A DNA stretch of 61,392 bases. It comes from Octopus bimaculoides (Eukaryota). Shown here piece after piece: positions 1 to 13,059 of the stretch (position 1 is its first letter; the number at the start of each line of letters is the position of its first letter). Both the position numbers and the translations under genes were made by a program. Below the pieces are notes generated by a model that had not been told where the DNA came from, did not search any database, and saw only the letters and a program-made list of their open reading frames with translations. The stretch is taken from positions 78,169,896 to 78,231,287 of the forward strand of contig NC_068990.1 of NCBI RefSeq assembly GCF_001194135.2, written 5' to 3'.

Positions 1-176
1 GTTATGCAAGGGAAAGGCAAAGGCCGATACAGCTTGGCACCTGTGACGTCGCAACTGGATCAAGGTGAAATAAAGTGTCTTGCTCAAGAACACAACACGC
101 AGCCCGGTCCGGGATTCGAACTCACAACCTCATGATCGTAAGCTCGACGCTGTAACCACTGAGCCATGCTACTTCA
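1..176 (-). mobile_element. tRNA-derived SINE, 5' part
   Basis: Reverse complement reads gtgaagtagcatggctcagtggtt...gagttcgaatccc, giving Pol III A-box (TGGCTCAGTGG) and B-box (GTTCGAATCC) followed by non-tRNA body. Confidence 0.75.
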
Positions 177-1169
177 CACATACACATATATACACTACCA
201 CGCATACACTAGCACTGACCAATTCCCTTCCCCGCATGTTCACACCTTCACACCTACATACACACATGCATACGTTAAGATCACCAGCATTCTCTTACAC
301 ACACGCAGCTTCTTGTCTTGGGTTCACCACTTTTTTGTTNNNNNNNNNNNNNNNNNNNNNNNNNNNNNNNNNNNNNNNNNNNNNNNNNNNNNNNNNNNNN
401 NNNNNNNNNNNNNNNNNNNNNNNNNNNNNNNNNNNNNNNNNNNNNNNNNNNNNNNNNNNNNNNNNNNNNNNNNNNNNNNNNNNNNNNNNNNNNNNNNNNN
501 NNNNNNNNNNNNNNNNNNNNNNNNNNNNNNNNNNNNNNNNNNNNNNNNNNNNNNNNNNNNNNNNNNNNNNNNNNNNNNNNNNNNNNNNNNNNNNNNNNNN
601 NNATATATATATATATATATAGGGGAGGCTTCTTGCTAAATAATGTCAAAACTAGCAATAATATGTATTTTTTAACATGCACATTTATGTTTTCAAATTA
701 CAGTCATGTGCTAATTTTATGTTAATTGTGCTATATTTTAAAGAACCTTTTTATGATTTCTATATCACTAGTGGCTTTATTTGTCAGATGCTATTTCACT
801 ACACAGTATGGTTAACATTCATTTCTTATTGATATAATCTGTTTTATCTTTCTCTTTTTCAAGCTTCATTCAACTCTTGATATCATAGGTGTGCTGCCCA
901 TGTGATACTATGTGTTTTGGATATTTAAACCTAGTGGAGTTTCTTCTTCTCTAGGCCTGACCATAGCCGATTTCTTCCAGAAAGAAAGAAAGAGACAGGG
1001 AGGAAACAACCGTAGTACTGTAATAGCAGTTAATTTATCAGCACAGCTATACAATTGTGCATCTTATTCACTTTGTTTCCTCATAAATTTTCAGAAAAAT
1101 AAATATTTTTCAATGAAATTTTCTGTATATACTTATTGGAATTTGTTGTGAAAATTTTTCAGGGGGAGA

Positions 1170-1268
1170 GCCTGGTGTTGCCATCCGATTTCACCAGTCC
1201 TCAGTCAAATCGTCCAACCCATGCTAGCATGGAAAGCGGACGTTAAACGATGATGATGATGATGATGA
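1170..1268 (+). mobile_element. RTE LINE 3' tail fragment
   Basis: ccaacccatgctagcatggaaagcggacgttaaac(gat)n, the same tail seen on RT-coding RTE copies and fragments at 18.9, 19.4, 33.0, 33.8 and 49.5 kb. Confidence 0.75.
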
Positions 1269-2077
1269 GAGGAGTTTTGAATAATTCAAAAGAGTTGACT
1301 TTGTTTCCTCAAAACTTTCTGAAATATTTTTTTTAAATCTTCTATATTGATGATATATATTACGATTATATCAGAATTTAATATGAAAAAATAAATTACA
1401 CATGCATGCTGACGCACAACACATATATACCTACAAAATGAAACTTGAAATTTTGATTGAAATCATGTGCCAGTATATATTGTGTGCACGCTAACCTTTT
1501 TATTTTTTTAACATTACATTCCGATATTATCACAATCTTCGCTGTCTAAAAGGTATTTGTAGAAAATTTCATTAAAAAATATTCGTTTCTCTGAAAGTTA
1601 TGAAAAAAAAAATCCAAGTCGGCGCGGGGGGACTACACTTGTGTATGCATGCTAAAAGGTTGAAAGCTAAGTTGACCTCAGAGCAGTATTTGAACTCAGC
1701 ATACAGATAGAATGAATGCCATACTGGAACACATTTCTATCCGGTGTTCAAATAATTTTGTCAATTCGAAGAGAAAGTGTTAGTGAAGCATTTCTTCATG
1801 CAACGTAAACAACTCACTTTCACGAGACAATATAGCGACAACACGACGACATTAACACTCTACTTTCTCGTCTTTATTTAATTACATTTTTAAGGCATAA
1901 TCATTAAAGCGTCGATCTTGTCGAAGTCATTTTTTTGCCTTTCATCTTTAAATAAAGTCAATAAAATAACCAAATAATCAAGAGCTGATATCGATTTAAT
2001 CGACTGCTGATCAATTCCAAACATGTAATGAGCAGAATAGTATGTAACAGTAGAGCCCATATTTCTGTACACCTGAG

Positions 2078-2604
2078 CAATGGCGGCTCATGTATAGGCA
2101 CTGCAGAACTGCAGCACCCCCTATTTTCACTTGATATTATCGATAACATTCAATTTAATGAGTCCTTTTTTGTTTAATTCTTTCTTTATACTTGTACATT
2201 ATATAATCCTTAAGCTTTATGTCAGTAGCCATCCCCTAGTTTTATGACAAAAATGCAAAAATCCTTGTATAGAACTGTGCGCTTCACGGTTCCAGCGACG
2301 TGGTGTTTAGATGTTGTGCACATGCTCACACGTCCGAGATAGGAAGCTTCACACTAGGAAGAGAGAGTACTGTTTGAACAACAGTGCCAGATGAAAGGTA
2401 GTGTTTTTTTTTTACTCCGCGTTTGTTGTGCTTACAAACGTGTTTATGCTCTTGAATGTGATAAAGTGTAAAATTAGATTATTATCCTACTTCTAGTTTC
2501 AGTGTTCTTGCCAGGATTTGATTTCCTTTTACACAATATTAAAAGAATGGCTAAAAACTTTCTGAAACAGCACCCCCACTAATTTTATCTACGAGCCGCC
2601 ACTG
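2078..2604. mobile_element. hAT-type non-autonomous element (MITE) with perfect 8-bp TSD
   Basis: TIRs CAATGGCGGCTC (2078) and GAGCCGCCACTG (ends 2604); identical 8-bp flanks CACCTGAG at 2070-2077 and 2605-2612. An 8-bp TSD with CA...TG ends is typical of hAT. Confidence 0.85.
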
Positions 2605-3180
2605 CACCTGAGGGGCCTATGACAACAGGTGAAGTGACACAACATTTGGAATACATTGCCATTACATCAATACTGTATATCTATTACATCTATAAGATTG
2701 GCACAAGAGGTGGCGAGCTGAGAGTATTGTTAACCTGTCAGACAAAAATGCTTAGCAGTGTTTCTCCCGATTCATTACATTCTGAGTTCGAATCCCGCCA
2801 TGGTCAACTATGCCTTTTATTCTTTCCACGTTGATAAAAATAAAGTACCAGTCAAAAACTGGGGTCGATGTAATGGACTTGCACCAGCCTCCTTGAAATG
2901 GATAGCCTTGTGCCAAAATCAGAAATCAAATTACTACCACAAGACACATACGTATGTGTGTCTATATGTGTAAATGTTTTTCTTTTATTCTTTTACTTAT
3001 TTCAGTCCTTTAACTGTGGCCATGCTGGAGTGCTACCTTTTACTTTTAATTTGTCTCAGTCACTTGAATGCAGTCATGCTGGAGCACCACCATGAAGAGT
3101 TTAGTCAATCAAATTTGGCCCCACTACTTAGTTTAATTTTGTGTCTGTACTTAATCTACTGGCCTCTTTCACCAAACCCC

Positions 3181-4030
3181 TCGATGATGATGACAACAAC
3201 AACGATGATGATGACGACGACAACAATGATGATGACGATGACAACGATGATGATGACGATGACAACGATGATGACGATGACAACGATGATGATGACGACG
3301 ATGACAACAATGATGATGACGATGACGACGGTGATGATGACGATGACAACGATGATGATGACGATGACAACGATGATGATGACGACGACAACGATGATGA
3401 TGATGACGACAACAACGATGATGATGACGATGACAACGATGATGACGATGACAACGATGATGATGACGATGACAACGATGATGATGATGACGACAACGAT
3501 GATGATGACGACGACAACAATGATGATGACGATGACAACGATGATGATGATGATGACGACNNNNNNNNNNNNNNNNNNNNNNNNNNNNNNNNNNNNNNNN
3601 NNNNNNNNNNNNNNNNNNNNNNNNNNNNNNNNNNNNNNNNNNNNNNNNNNNNNNNNNNNNNNNNNNNNNNNNNNNNNNNNNNNNNNNNNNNNNNNNNNNN
3701 NNNNNNNNNNNNNNNNNNNNNNNNNNNNNNNNNNNNNNNNNNNNNNNNNNNNNNNNNNNNNNNNNNNNNNNNNNNNNNNNNNNNNNNNNNNNNNNNNNNN
3801 NNNNNNNNNNNNNNNNNNNNNNNNNNNNNNNNNNNNNNNNNNNNNNNNNNNNNNNNNNNNNNNNNNNNNNNNNNNNNNNNNNNNNNNNNNNNNNNNNNNN
3901 NNNGATGATGATGATGATGATGACGACGACGACAACGATGATGATGATGATGACAACGATGATGATGACCATGACAACGATGATGATGACGACGACAACG
4001 CTGATGACGATGACGACAATGATGATGATC
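3181..4030. repeat. Compound trinucleotide microsatellite (GAT/GAC/AAC)n with internal assembly gap
   Basis: Directly visible; produces the poly-D, poly-S, poly-H and poly-M/T pseudo-ORFs. Similar (GAT/GAC)n tract at 5613-5755. Confidence 0.95.
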
Positions 4031-4617
4031 AATGCTTATTTGGTTTCATGTGGTTAAGAAGTTTGCTTCGCGATCTCGTTGTTTCGAATTCGCAATCAAT
4101 CAAATCAACACCGGTTGTCAAGTGGTGTGGGGGACAAACAGATGTAAAAAGACACACACACACACACAATATGTGTGTGTGTGTGTGTGTGTGTGTACAT
4201 ATATCTATATATAATGGGCTTTCGCACAGTTTCTGTCTACCAAATTCACTTACAAGGCATTGGTCAGTCCGGGGCTGTTGTAGAGGACACTTACTCAAAG
4301 TGACACGCATTGGGACTGAAACCAAAACTATGTGGTTGCAAAGGCGAACTTTTTAACCCACACAGCCATGCGTATATATAAATATATATNNNNNNNNNNN
4401 NNNNNNNNNNNNNNNNNNNNNNNNNNNNNNNNNNNNNNNNNNNNNNNNNNNNNNNNNNNNNNNNNNNNNNNNNNNNNNNNNNNNNNNNNNNNNNNNNNNN
4501 NNNNNNNNNNNNNNNNNNNNNNNNNNNNNNNNNNNNNNNNNNNNNNNNNNNNNNNNNNNNNNNNNNNNNNNNNNNNNNNNNNNNNNTATATATATTTACA
4601 TATATGCGCATAAATGT

Positions 4618-4990
4618 ATTGTGGTAAGAAGCTTGCTTCCCAACCACATGGGTCTGGGTTCAGTCTCACTGCGTGACATTTTGGGCAAATGTCTTCTACT
4701 ATAGCCTTGGGCTGACCAAAGCCTTGTGAGTGGATTTGATAAGACGGAAAATGAAAGAAGCCCATCATGTGTATGTGTGTGTGTGTGTCCTTGTGTTTGC
4801 CGCCCCCCCCCCACCATCATTTGACAACCGATGCTGGTGTGTTTACATCCTCATAACTTTGCGGTTCGGCTACAGACACCAATACAATAAGTACTAGGCT
4901 TAGAAAGCATAAGTCCTGGGGCCGATTTCTTCAGGCGGTGCTCTAGCATGGCCACAGTCAAAGGACTGAAACAAATAAAAGAATAGAAGA
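4618..4990 (+). mobile_element. SINE family A (tRNA-derived, abundant)
   Basis: gtggtaagaagcttgcttcccaaccacatgg...tgactgaaac...aaaagaa pattern, repeated in either orientation at about 4.1, 6.75, 9.2, 10.1, 11.5, 27.4, 33.4 and 52.8 kb. Confidence 0.85.
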
Positions 4991-6744
4991 ATACATACGT
5001 ACGTACACACATACATACATACACACATACATACATACATGCATGCATACATACTCGCTTGCGTGTGACGGATAGCTGTACTGCAATGCAATTTGTGGTA
5101 TCTGTGTTCAAATTCTGTCAGGGGCAGTATTATTTGTTGGTTTTTTTTTTTTTTGGTTTTTTTTCCATTTATCCTGCTGCATTCAATAAAATAAACATCA
5201 ATCATATTTTGGCTTCAGTTCAATCGATTATATTACTCTTCTAAAAACGAGTTTTGTGTCTCAATAAAATAACCAATAATTCGATATCATCTTTTAAACC
5301 CTGAGTCCAATCAGAAAAAAAATAAAGAAAAAACTCTGGTGGCCTTGTGCTAATGTAAGGAAAGCATTACTGATTTTTACCATAAGCACAAAGTTAGTAA
5401 TTAATTTAATTTTTTAGGTGTGGTAATGTTGGTGGTGGTGGTGGGGGACTATTTCGATTGACCCCACCAAGTACTTGACTAGTAATTATTTCGTTGACCA
5501 TGGAAAGATGAAAAAGCAATGCGAGATTTTAGTTCGGAACTGAAACAAAAAAACGCAACCCAACCGATTCTTTGCAGTCCACCACCACACGTCTTAAAAT
5601 CTTGTTATTAATGGTGATGATGATGATGATGATGATGATGACGACGACGACAATGATGATGATGATGATGATGATGACGACGACAATAATGATGACAACG
5701 ACGACGACAGTAACGATGATGATGACGACAACGATGACAACAGCGATGATGATCGACGCTCATTTGGCTTCATATGATTAAGAAGTTTGCTTTTCAATCA
5801 CGTTGTTCTAAGTTGGCAATCACTGTGCCATGACAACTTGAGCAAACATCTACCTTAGCTTTGAATTGATGATAGCCTTTTGAGTGAAATTTGGTAAGCA
5901 GGAACTTCGTAAACACCTTATTGAACAGTAGACTTAATCTAACTGGACGTCAAGTTTAACACCATCACAACAACAACTACCGTTTGACCCTCGGAAGAGA
6001 GTGGGCAACCTTTTTCGAGAAGTGAGCCGCACTACCAGCTATGACCATCCCCTCTTATTAAAAATCTGTCCAGAGTCACATTACCCAATGTGTTCTTTTC
6101 CTTCCATGGATTGCAAGATAGTATTTTATTTAAGAAAGAATTGGCTGCTATTTCCTGACAGGTGGAGCAGCTATGTAGAAGTAATTTCACTGGCAATAAA
6201 TGTAAATACTGAAGTGAGATCTTGAGCAAAACTCAGGACCCCGACAGATGATTAAGCTTAGATACTGCTACCGATTTGTGAGAATGGAAATATTTGTATT
6301 TCTGTCTCGGCTAATACAATATTTAGCTTCCCTCAAAAAGATGGAAGGCAAAACTGACCAGGACAACATTCAAACTCAGACCTCTGAGAATCAAAATCAA
6401 TAAGATGGGGCATTTTGCTTGTAACTCTGATGACTTTACCTATTTCTCTCTTAATTTTAATGACTTAGCTATTAACCCATAACAATTCACAATACTCAAC
6501 TATTGCTCTGTTTGACTGCCTGGTATTGCTTACCATTGCAGTGCAACCATAGTTGAGGTTAAGGAACAGAGTAAGACCACAAATGTTCTTTGGTTCTAGG
6601 TTAGTCCTGATCGAACGGACTTATAAAAAAAACATTCCAACTGTAACCATTCTCACATCTTTCTCCAGACGCATTGCAGCTACGACTTCCACTCGAGGTT
6701 TTCAAACTGACATTTTTGGCTGTTAAAATATTTTATTCATTCTT

Positions 6745-7008
6745 TTATTCTTTTACTTGTTTCAGTCATTTGACTGTGGCCATGCTGGAGCACCGCCTTT
6801 AGTCGAGCAAATCGCCCCCAGGATTTATTCTTTGTAAGCCTAGTAATTATTCTATCAGTCTCTTTTGCCGAGCCACTAAGTTATGGGGATGTAAACACAC
6901 CAACATCAGTTGTCAAGCAATGGTGGGGGACAAACACAGACACATAAACATATATATATATATATATATATATATACAACAGGCTTCTTTCAGTTTCCGT
7001 TTACCAAT
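6745..7008 (-). mobile_element. SINE family A, 3' part
   Basis: tcttttacttgtttcagtcatttgactgtggccatgctggagcaccgcctttagtcgagcaaatc, the reverse of the family A tail. Confidence 0.85.
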
Positions 7009-7045
7009 NNNNNNNNNNNNNNNNNNNNNNNNNNNNNNNNNNNNN

Positions 7046-7262
7046 TACTGTCCACAAGGAGCTACACACAGAGGGGACAAACAAGAACAGACAAACAGAT
7101 TAAGTCGATTACATTGACCCCAGTGTGTAACTGGTACTTATTTAATCGACCCCGAAAGGATGAAAGGCAAAGTCGACCTCGGCGGAATTTGAACTCAGAA
7201 AGTAAAGACAGACGAAATACCGCAAAGCATTTCGCCCAACATGCTGACGTTTCTGCCAGCTT
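7046..7262 (-). mobile_element. SINE family B
   Basis: Reverse complement of the 12008-12242 copy (cgaccccgaaaggatgaaaggcaaagtcgacctcggcggaatttgaactcagaa). Confidence 0.85.
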
Positions 7263-8322
7263 CTTACCACACAGCCACACCTGTTCAACATTAATATTTT
7301 ACTCTGAAACTGAATTGCTAGTCCCCCACTCTCTCTCTCTCTCTTTCTTTCTCTCTCTCTGCACACGATCTATGTTATTTTGTTCATTGTCAATTTTCTT
7401 TTTAGGAGCATGTTTTGAAATTTTTGTAGCATATTTAGGAATATATTGATCCAAAAGTATCATTCTCTTTTTACAAAAACAGTAATATGCTTTAGGGAAG
7501 ATTTGTTTGTTATTTCTAGTAAGTCAAACACCCACATTGATGCACCCTATTTGATTCATGATGAAAAATGTTGTTTAGCTGCAAGTCATCTCTAGTTGAG
7601 AAGACCTATCATGAAAGGCATTCAAGTCGTGACCAAACCGTCTTCTTTAGAAACATGCCTAGAGGTACACACTTCAATGTGCCCTTTCCTTTCTCATGGT
7701 AACAAGGTAGAGTATGATTTGAGAGAGATTTGGTTGCTATTTCTAACAGGTGGAACAACCACATAGAGGCTTCTTTCATTGCCAAATATAGATGCTGACA
7801 GAGAACGAAAAGCAGGATCCAGGACTAAAGGGGGAAAAAAAATAAACTAATGTTAAATTGTGAGGAAACATATTTTGCAGCTAATTCACTATCATCTTAT
7901 TAAATTATACTGAACTCCTACGTCCAGCTTGGATTCTTGAAGAATTTTTTTGGTTTCTCAATTTGGGATTTCTATGCAACAACAACAAATTATCTTCATT
8001 TTTTTTTTTTCAATTTAGGCTCACTTCATTATATATTTTATTTTTATATTTTCTCTCTCTTTCTCTCACATACACACACACACATGTATACACACACACA
8101 TATATATATATATATATTGTTTTTTTTAGTTTTTTTTTTGTCTTCTATCGTTTCATGAGGAAAAATTCTTTAGAGCCATGAAAGAAATCTAATTTTAGTC
8201 GTTCCCATTCTTCTCAAAAAACAGTGAGATTGCCATGTTGGTGCCGTTGCTGCTATTGCAATTGTTGTTGATATTGATGTTGCTATTCTGGTTGTTGATG
8301 TTGTTGACTTATTCCTTTATAG

Positions 8323-8415
8323 ATTTATGTAGATGCTGGAAAAAGTATAAGCAACCATATTAGTCCTGCTTCACTGGTTTATAAAAGCAACAATCCCAAG
8401 TGGTATGAGGAAAAG
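8323..8415 (+). CDS. Candidate internal coding exon of an unidentified gene (IYVDAGKSISNHISPASLVYKSNNPKWYEEK)
   Basis: Acceptor ttattcctttatag|, 93-nt open phase-0/0 frame with protein-like composition, donor AAG|gtaaac, in apparently non-repetitive sequence. Family not recognised. Confidence 0.55.
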
Positions 8416-8785
8416 GTAAACACGTTTTTTTTATTTGTTTTATTTCATTTTTATTTATTTTTCCTAATTTTATTGAAGAATGAACGTTGACCAGCTGTAA
8501 TGTCTTAAGAATGACTTTCAAGCCCGGAACTTATTTATTATAATTGCTTTCTTTTTTATGTAAATAGTTTCCAAACTTACCTTTTAAAGGAAATTCCTTG
8601 ATCTGTGAAATGTATTTCAAAAGAAATTAAGAAGAAAAGCTTTTGTCTTCCATTAAAAAAATATATATATTTTTTTCCTAAATTTCTTTCTTTCTTTCAG
8701 TTTTGCTGTTGCTTCCTTCTTTTTCCATTGTAATTTATATTTTCTTGTTATTCTTTTTTGTTCTTATTTTTGTTGCTGCTCATTT

Positions 8786-8830
<45 letters not shown>

Positions 8831-9224
8831 ATCAAAATTTCACGTTCTGTTTCCATCAAAATCCTGTTTTGTTTGCAACCAAATTAAACAGAGTTTCAAA
8901 ACAACTAATAACAATAATCCTTTCTACTATAGGCACACATCGATTACATCGACTCCAATACTCAACTGGTACTTATTTTATCAACCCCAAAAGCGGAAAG
9001 GTACAGTAGACCTTCGCGGAATTTGAACTCGGAACATATAGACAGGTGATATGCCACTAAGCAATTTGCACGGCATACTAACGATTCTGCCAGCTCACCA
9101 CCTTAATAATAATCGCTCAAATAATTTTTGTCAAATCTGTCTGTCTGCAACATAACTTCTGGTTTGGCTTGCCATTCCACCTCCCTCTAGCTTTCTGCTC
9201 CATGTATATATGTACACAGGTACA

Positions 9225-9531
9225 CTCTTTTACTTGTTTCAGTCATTTGACTGTGGCCATGCTGGAGCACCGCCTTTAGTCGAGCAAATCAACCCCAGGA
9301 CCGCTAAGTTACAAGAGAGTAAACACACCAACACCGGTTGTCAAGTGGTGAGGGAGAGAAAAACACAAACACACACATATATACAACAGGCTTCTTTCAG
9401 TTTCCGTCTACCAAATCTACTCACAAGGCTTCGGTCGGCCCAAGGCTATAGTAGAAGGTGTCACACAATGAGACTGAACCCAGATCCATGTGGTTGGGAA
9501 GCAAGCTTCTTACCACACAGCCATGCCTGCA
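9225..9531 (-). mobile_element. SINE family A
   Basis: Reverse complement of the family A body and head, with an internal deletion. Confidence 0.85.
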
Positions 9532-9691
9532 CTTATGTATACATACATAAACAAAAAATAGATGTATTCTGATGTAATCAGGTACCAATATTGCACATGT
9601 GACAATTACCAAAAAATATGTTTAACCAGCATTAGGTACAAATCTATAAGAAATATAAGATATCGGGATTTTGATAAAATATTTTGTTCAG

Positions 9692-9787
9692 TTTCCTGAT
9701 ATTTCATTTAATAGTTTATTTATTCTCAATTTGATATTTGAATTGAAAAGATTTGAGATGCTTTCTTCAACTGAAGAGAAGTTATAA
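9692..9787 (+). CDS. Candidate terminal coding exon (FPDISFNSLFILNLIFELKRFEMLSSTEEKL*)
   Basis: Acceptor attttgttcag|, phase 0 compatible with the 8323-8415 exon, TAA at 9785-9787 and AATAAA at 9847-9852. Confidence 0.4.
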   Translation, partial: FPDISFNSLFILNLIFELKRFEMLSSTEEKL

Positions 9788-10426
9788 AGGGAAGAAGAAT
9801 GCAGATAGCTCAACAAACTTATTTAATGACAATGCAATCGAAATACAATAAATATGTAAAAAATTCATTGGATTTATTTTTTTTCTTTATCACTAACTAT
9901 ATTTCAATGCTAGGTCAAATGTCAATTTCTGCTCATCACTTGTGGCAATTTCATGTTTGCAAAAGTTGTTTTGATTTTTGTTATTTTTTTTAAAATTTTT
10001 ATGAAAATGAAATTCTGGTAATAAAATGTGAATTGTAATTTGCATCAAATGCTATTTTATTTGGAAAATTTAATTTGGATTGGGACAAAAAAGAAATTAT
10101 TGGAATTTTACAGAAAAGCTATAACTCCAAACATTGGATGCAGGCATGGCTATGTGCTGGAAGGTTTGGTTCCAAGCCTCATGCTTTTCGGTTCAGTGGC
10201 ACTATGTGACACATTGGGCAAGTGTCTTCTACTACAACCCCAGATTGACCAAAGCCTTGTGGGTGGATTTAGTGGAAGGAAATAGAAGACTCATTGTGTG
10301 TATGTGTGTGTGTGTGTGTGCATGTGTGTATGTGCACACGCGCAAGTGTGTGTGGATATTCTCTTACTTGTTTCAGTCATTAACCTGTGGCCAGGCTGGG
10401 GCACTGCCTTGTGCAGGGGCACCACC

Positions 10427-10478
<52 letters not shown>

Positions 10479-10955
10479 TCATCATCATCNNNNNNNNNNN
10501 NNNNNNNNNNNNNNNNNNNNNNNNNNNNNNNNNNNNNNNNNNNNNNNNNNNNNNNNNNNNNNNNNNNNNNNNNNNNNNNNNNNNNNNNNNNNNNNNNNNN
10601 NNNNNNNNNNNNNNNNNNNNNNNNNNNNNNNNNNNNNNNNNNNNNNNNNNNNNNNNNNNNNNNNNNNNNNNNNNNNNNNNNNNNNNNNNNNNNNNNNNNN
10701 NNNNNNNNNNNNNNNNNNNNNNNNNNNNNNNNNNNNNNNNNNNNNNNNNNNNNNNNNNNNNNNNNNNNNNNNNNNNNNNNNNNNNNNNNNNNNNNNNNNN
10801 NNNNNNNNNNNNNNNNNNNNNNNNNNNNNNNNNNNNNNNNNNNNNNNNNNNNNNNNNNNNNNNNNNNNNNNNNNNNNNNNNNNNNNNNNNNNNNNNNNNN
10901 NNNNNNNNNNNNNNNNNNNNNNNNNNNNNNNNNNNNNNNNNNNNNNNNNNNNNNN

Positions 10956-11250
10956 AGTCATCGCCTCGGTGAGGCCCAATGTACGAAGGTCTTGCCTCAC
11001 CACCTCAGCCCAGGTCTTCCTGGGCCTACCTCTTCCACGGGTTCCCTCAACTGTTAGGGTGTGGCACTTTTTCATGCAGCTATCCTCATCCATTCTCACC
11101 ACATGTCCATACCAGCGCAATCGTCTCTCTTGCACACCACAACTGATGCTTCTAATGTTCAGCTTTTCTCTCAAGATACTTACACTCTGACGGGTATTCA
11201 CATTGACATTACACATCCAACGGAGCATACTGGCTTCATTCTATTCTAGC
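10956..11250 (-). mobile_element. RTE-clade LINE, C-terminal ORF fragment
   Basis: Translation ...RRLRWYGHVVRMDEDSCMKKCHTLTVEGTRGRGRPRKTW..., the characteristic RTE C-terminus. Confidence 0.9.
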
Positions 11251-12007
11251 TTTTGATGGAGTAGAAGAGGTTAGAAAGGGTCAAGTGGTGAAGACATTGT
11301 TTCGGCCTAGCTAAAGGCATCTGGAAAATGTAAAACTGCTGTCAGAGAAAAACTATTGTTCCACTGTGGGAAAAGTTCTGTTTGCAGTGTTAATTTAAAT
11401 TTGACTATGGTGGATCGAATCCACTTCCTGCATGCAAGATCCACTACATATATATATATATCGAAATATGTATGCTTCTATGTTTGTGTTGAGCCCCTCC
11501 ACCGTTTAGCAACTGGTGTTGGTTTGTTTATGCTGCCGTAATCTAGCAGTTCTGGAAAAAGAAACCGATAGAATAAATATCTGGCTTTAAAAAATAAGTA
11601 CTAGGGTGGATTAGATTTGTTCGTCTGAACCTTTCAATGTGGTGCCCCAGTATGGCCGCAGTCCAATGAGAGAAACAAATAAAAGACAAAAGATTACAAG
11701 TACAATACTAAACGCAATAAAATGACTTTGAACGCCAAGATATGCTATGCACAGTTATGTCCCATGTGTACAGTAAAGTTGCCTCCCTTACAATAGCATT
11801 GTTTAGTATGAGTTCACTGTACTATCAAATGTACCCAACCAAATTAACAATAAATATCACCTTCTTTTCCGGGCGTCTTGCTGACACAACCATCAGGCAA
11901 AGAATTTCACAAGTTTCCGTAGGTTACCAACCAATTATCACCACCAAGATGCACTTGCACATCGATGAAAATATCACAAAATAAATTTCAAATAAGCACG
12001 ATGGTTC

Positions 12008-12242
12008 GAGGCGGCGAGCTGGCAGAAACGTTAGCACGCCGGTGGAAATGCTTAGCGGTATTTCGTCTACCGTTACGTTCTGAGTTCAAATTCCGCCGAG
12101 GTCGACTTTGCCTTTCATCCTTTCGGGGGTCGATAAATTAAGTACCAGTTACGCACTGGGGTCGATGAAATCGACTTAATCCCTTTGTCTGTCCCTGTTG
12201 GTCCTCTCTATGTTTAGCCCCTTGTGGGCAATAAAGAAATAA
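12008..12242 (+). mobile_element. SINE family B, full-length and CpG-rich
   Basis: Head ggcggcgagctggcagaa...gttcaaattcc, core gcctttcatcctttcgggggtcgataaattaagtaccag, A-rich tail; imperfect flanking repeat acgatggttcgag/acaatggtacgag. Confidence 0.9.
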
Positions 12243-12912
12243 CAATGGTACGAGCTGCACTACGCAACCGAATAGACGTTTTCAGAATTCCACGACTTAT
12301 TCCGTGAAGCAACATAATAACGGTNNNNNNNNNNNNNNNNNNNNNNNNNNNNNNNNNNNNNNNNNNNNNNNNNNNNNNNNNNNNNNNNNNNNNNNNNNNN
12401 NNNNNNNNNNNNNNNNNNNNNNNNNNNNNNNNNNNNNNNNNNNNNNNNNNNNNNNNNNNNNNNNNNNNNNNNNNNNNNNNNNNNNNNNNNNNNNNNNNNN
12501 NNNNNNNNNNNNNNNNNNNNNNNNNNNNNNNNNNNNNNNNNNNNNNNNNNNNNNNNNNNNNNNNNNNNNNNNNNNNNNNNNNNNNNNNNNNNNNNNNNNN
12601 NNNNNNNNNNNNNNNNNNNNNNNNNNNNNNNNNNNNNNNNNNNNNNNNNNNNNNNNNNNNNNNNNNNNNNNNNNNNNNNNNNNNNNNNNNNNNNNNNNNN
12701 NNNNNNNNNNNNNNNNNNNNNNNNNNNNNNNNNNNNNNNNNNNNNNNNNNNNNNNNNNNNNNNNNNNNNNNNNNNNNNNNNNNNNNNNNNNNNNNNNNNN
12801 NNNNNNNNNNNNNNNNNNNNNNNNNNNNNNNNNNNNNNNNNNNNNNNNNNNAAAAAGAACATAAATGATTCCCTTATTATGTCATGTACACACGTGCCTA
12901 CATTTGTTGTAC

Positions 12913-13017
12913 CTTCAAGTGATATGTTATGTATTTCAGAAGTCGCAGTTGAGATACACCTGTAGTGAAACTACCTATCGCCATTAGATACAAAACTACT
13001 ATCGCCATTCTTCTCAT
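12913..13017 (-). CDS. Candidate first coding exon with hydrophobic N-terminus (MRRMAIVVLYLMAIGSFTTGVSQLRLLKYITYHLK)
   Basis: ATG at 13017-13015 just beside the promoter-like island, ATGGCG contexts, signal or anchor-like peptide, donor AAG|gtacaa. No downstream exons found. Confidence 0.3.
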
Positions 13018-13059
13018 TTAAATATAAACAAACGCGAACGTAGCGGAAAGCATCAACCT

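Noticed and set aside
1-176. tRNA-like sequences with A and B boxes (also at 12008, 30324 and 51481)
   Set aside because: They continue into SINE bodies with tails and TSDs and lack a full cloverleaf, so they are SINE heads rather than tRNA genes.
704-888. Possible exons at 704-805 and 864-888
   Set aside because: They would need a 58-nt intron and weak donors, and the peptide looks like translated AT-rich intron.
2974-4356. Long ORFs of poly-Asp/Asn, poly-Ser, poly-His and poly-Met/Thr (biomineralisation- or reflectin-like at first glance)
   Set aside because: All frames are open only because the (GAT/GAC/AAC)n microsatellite and an N-gap lack stops; no splice context or unique coding sequence.
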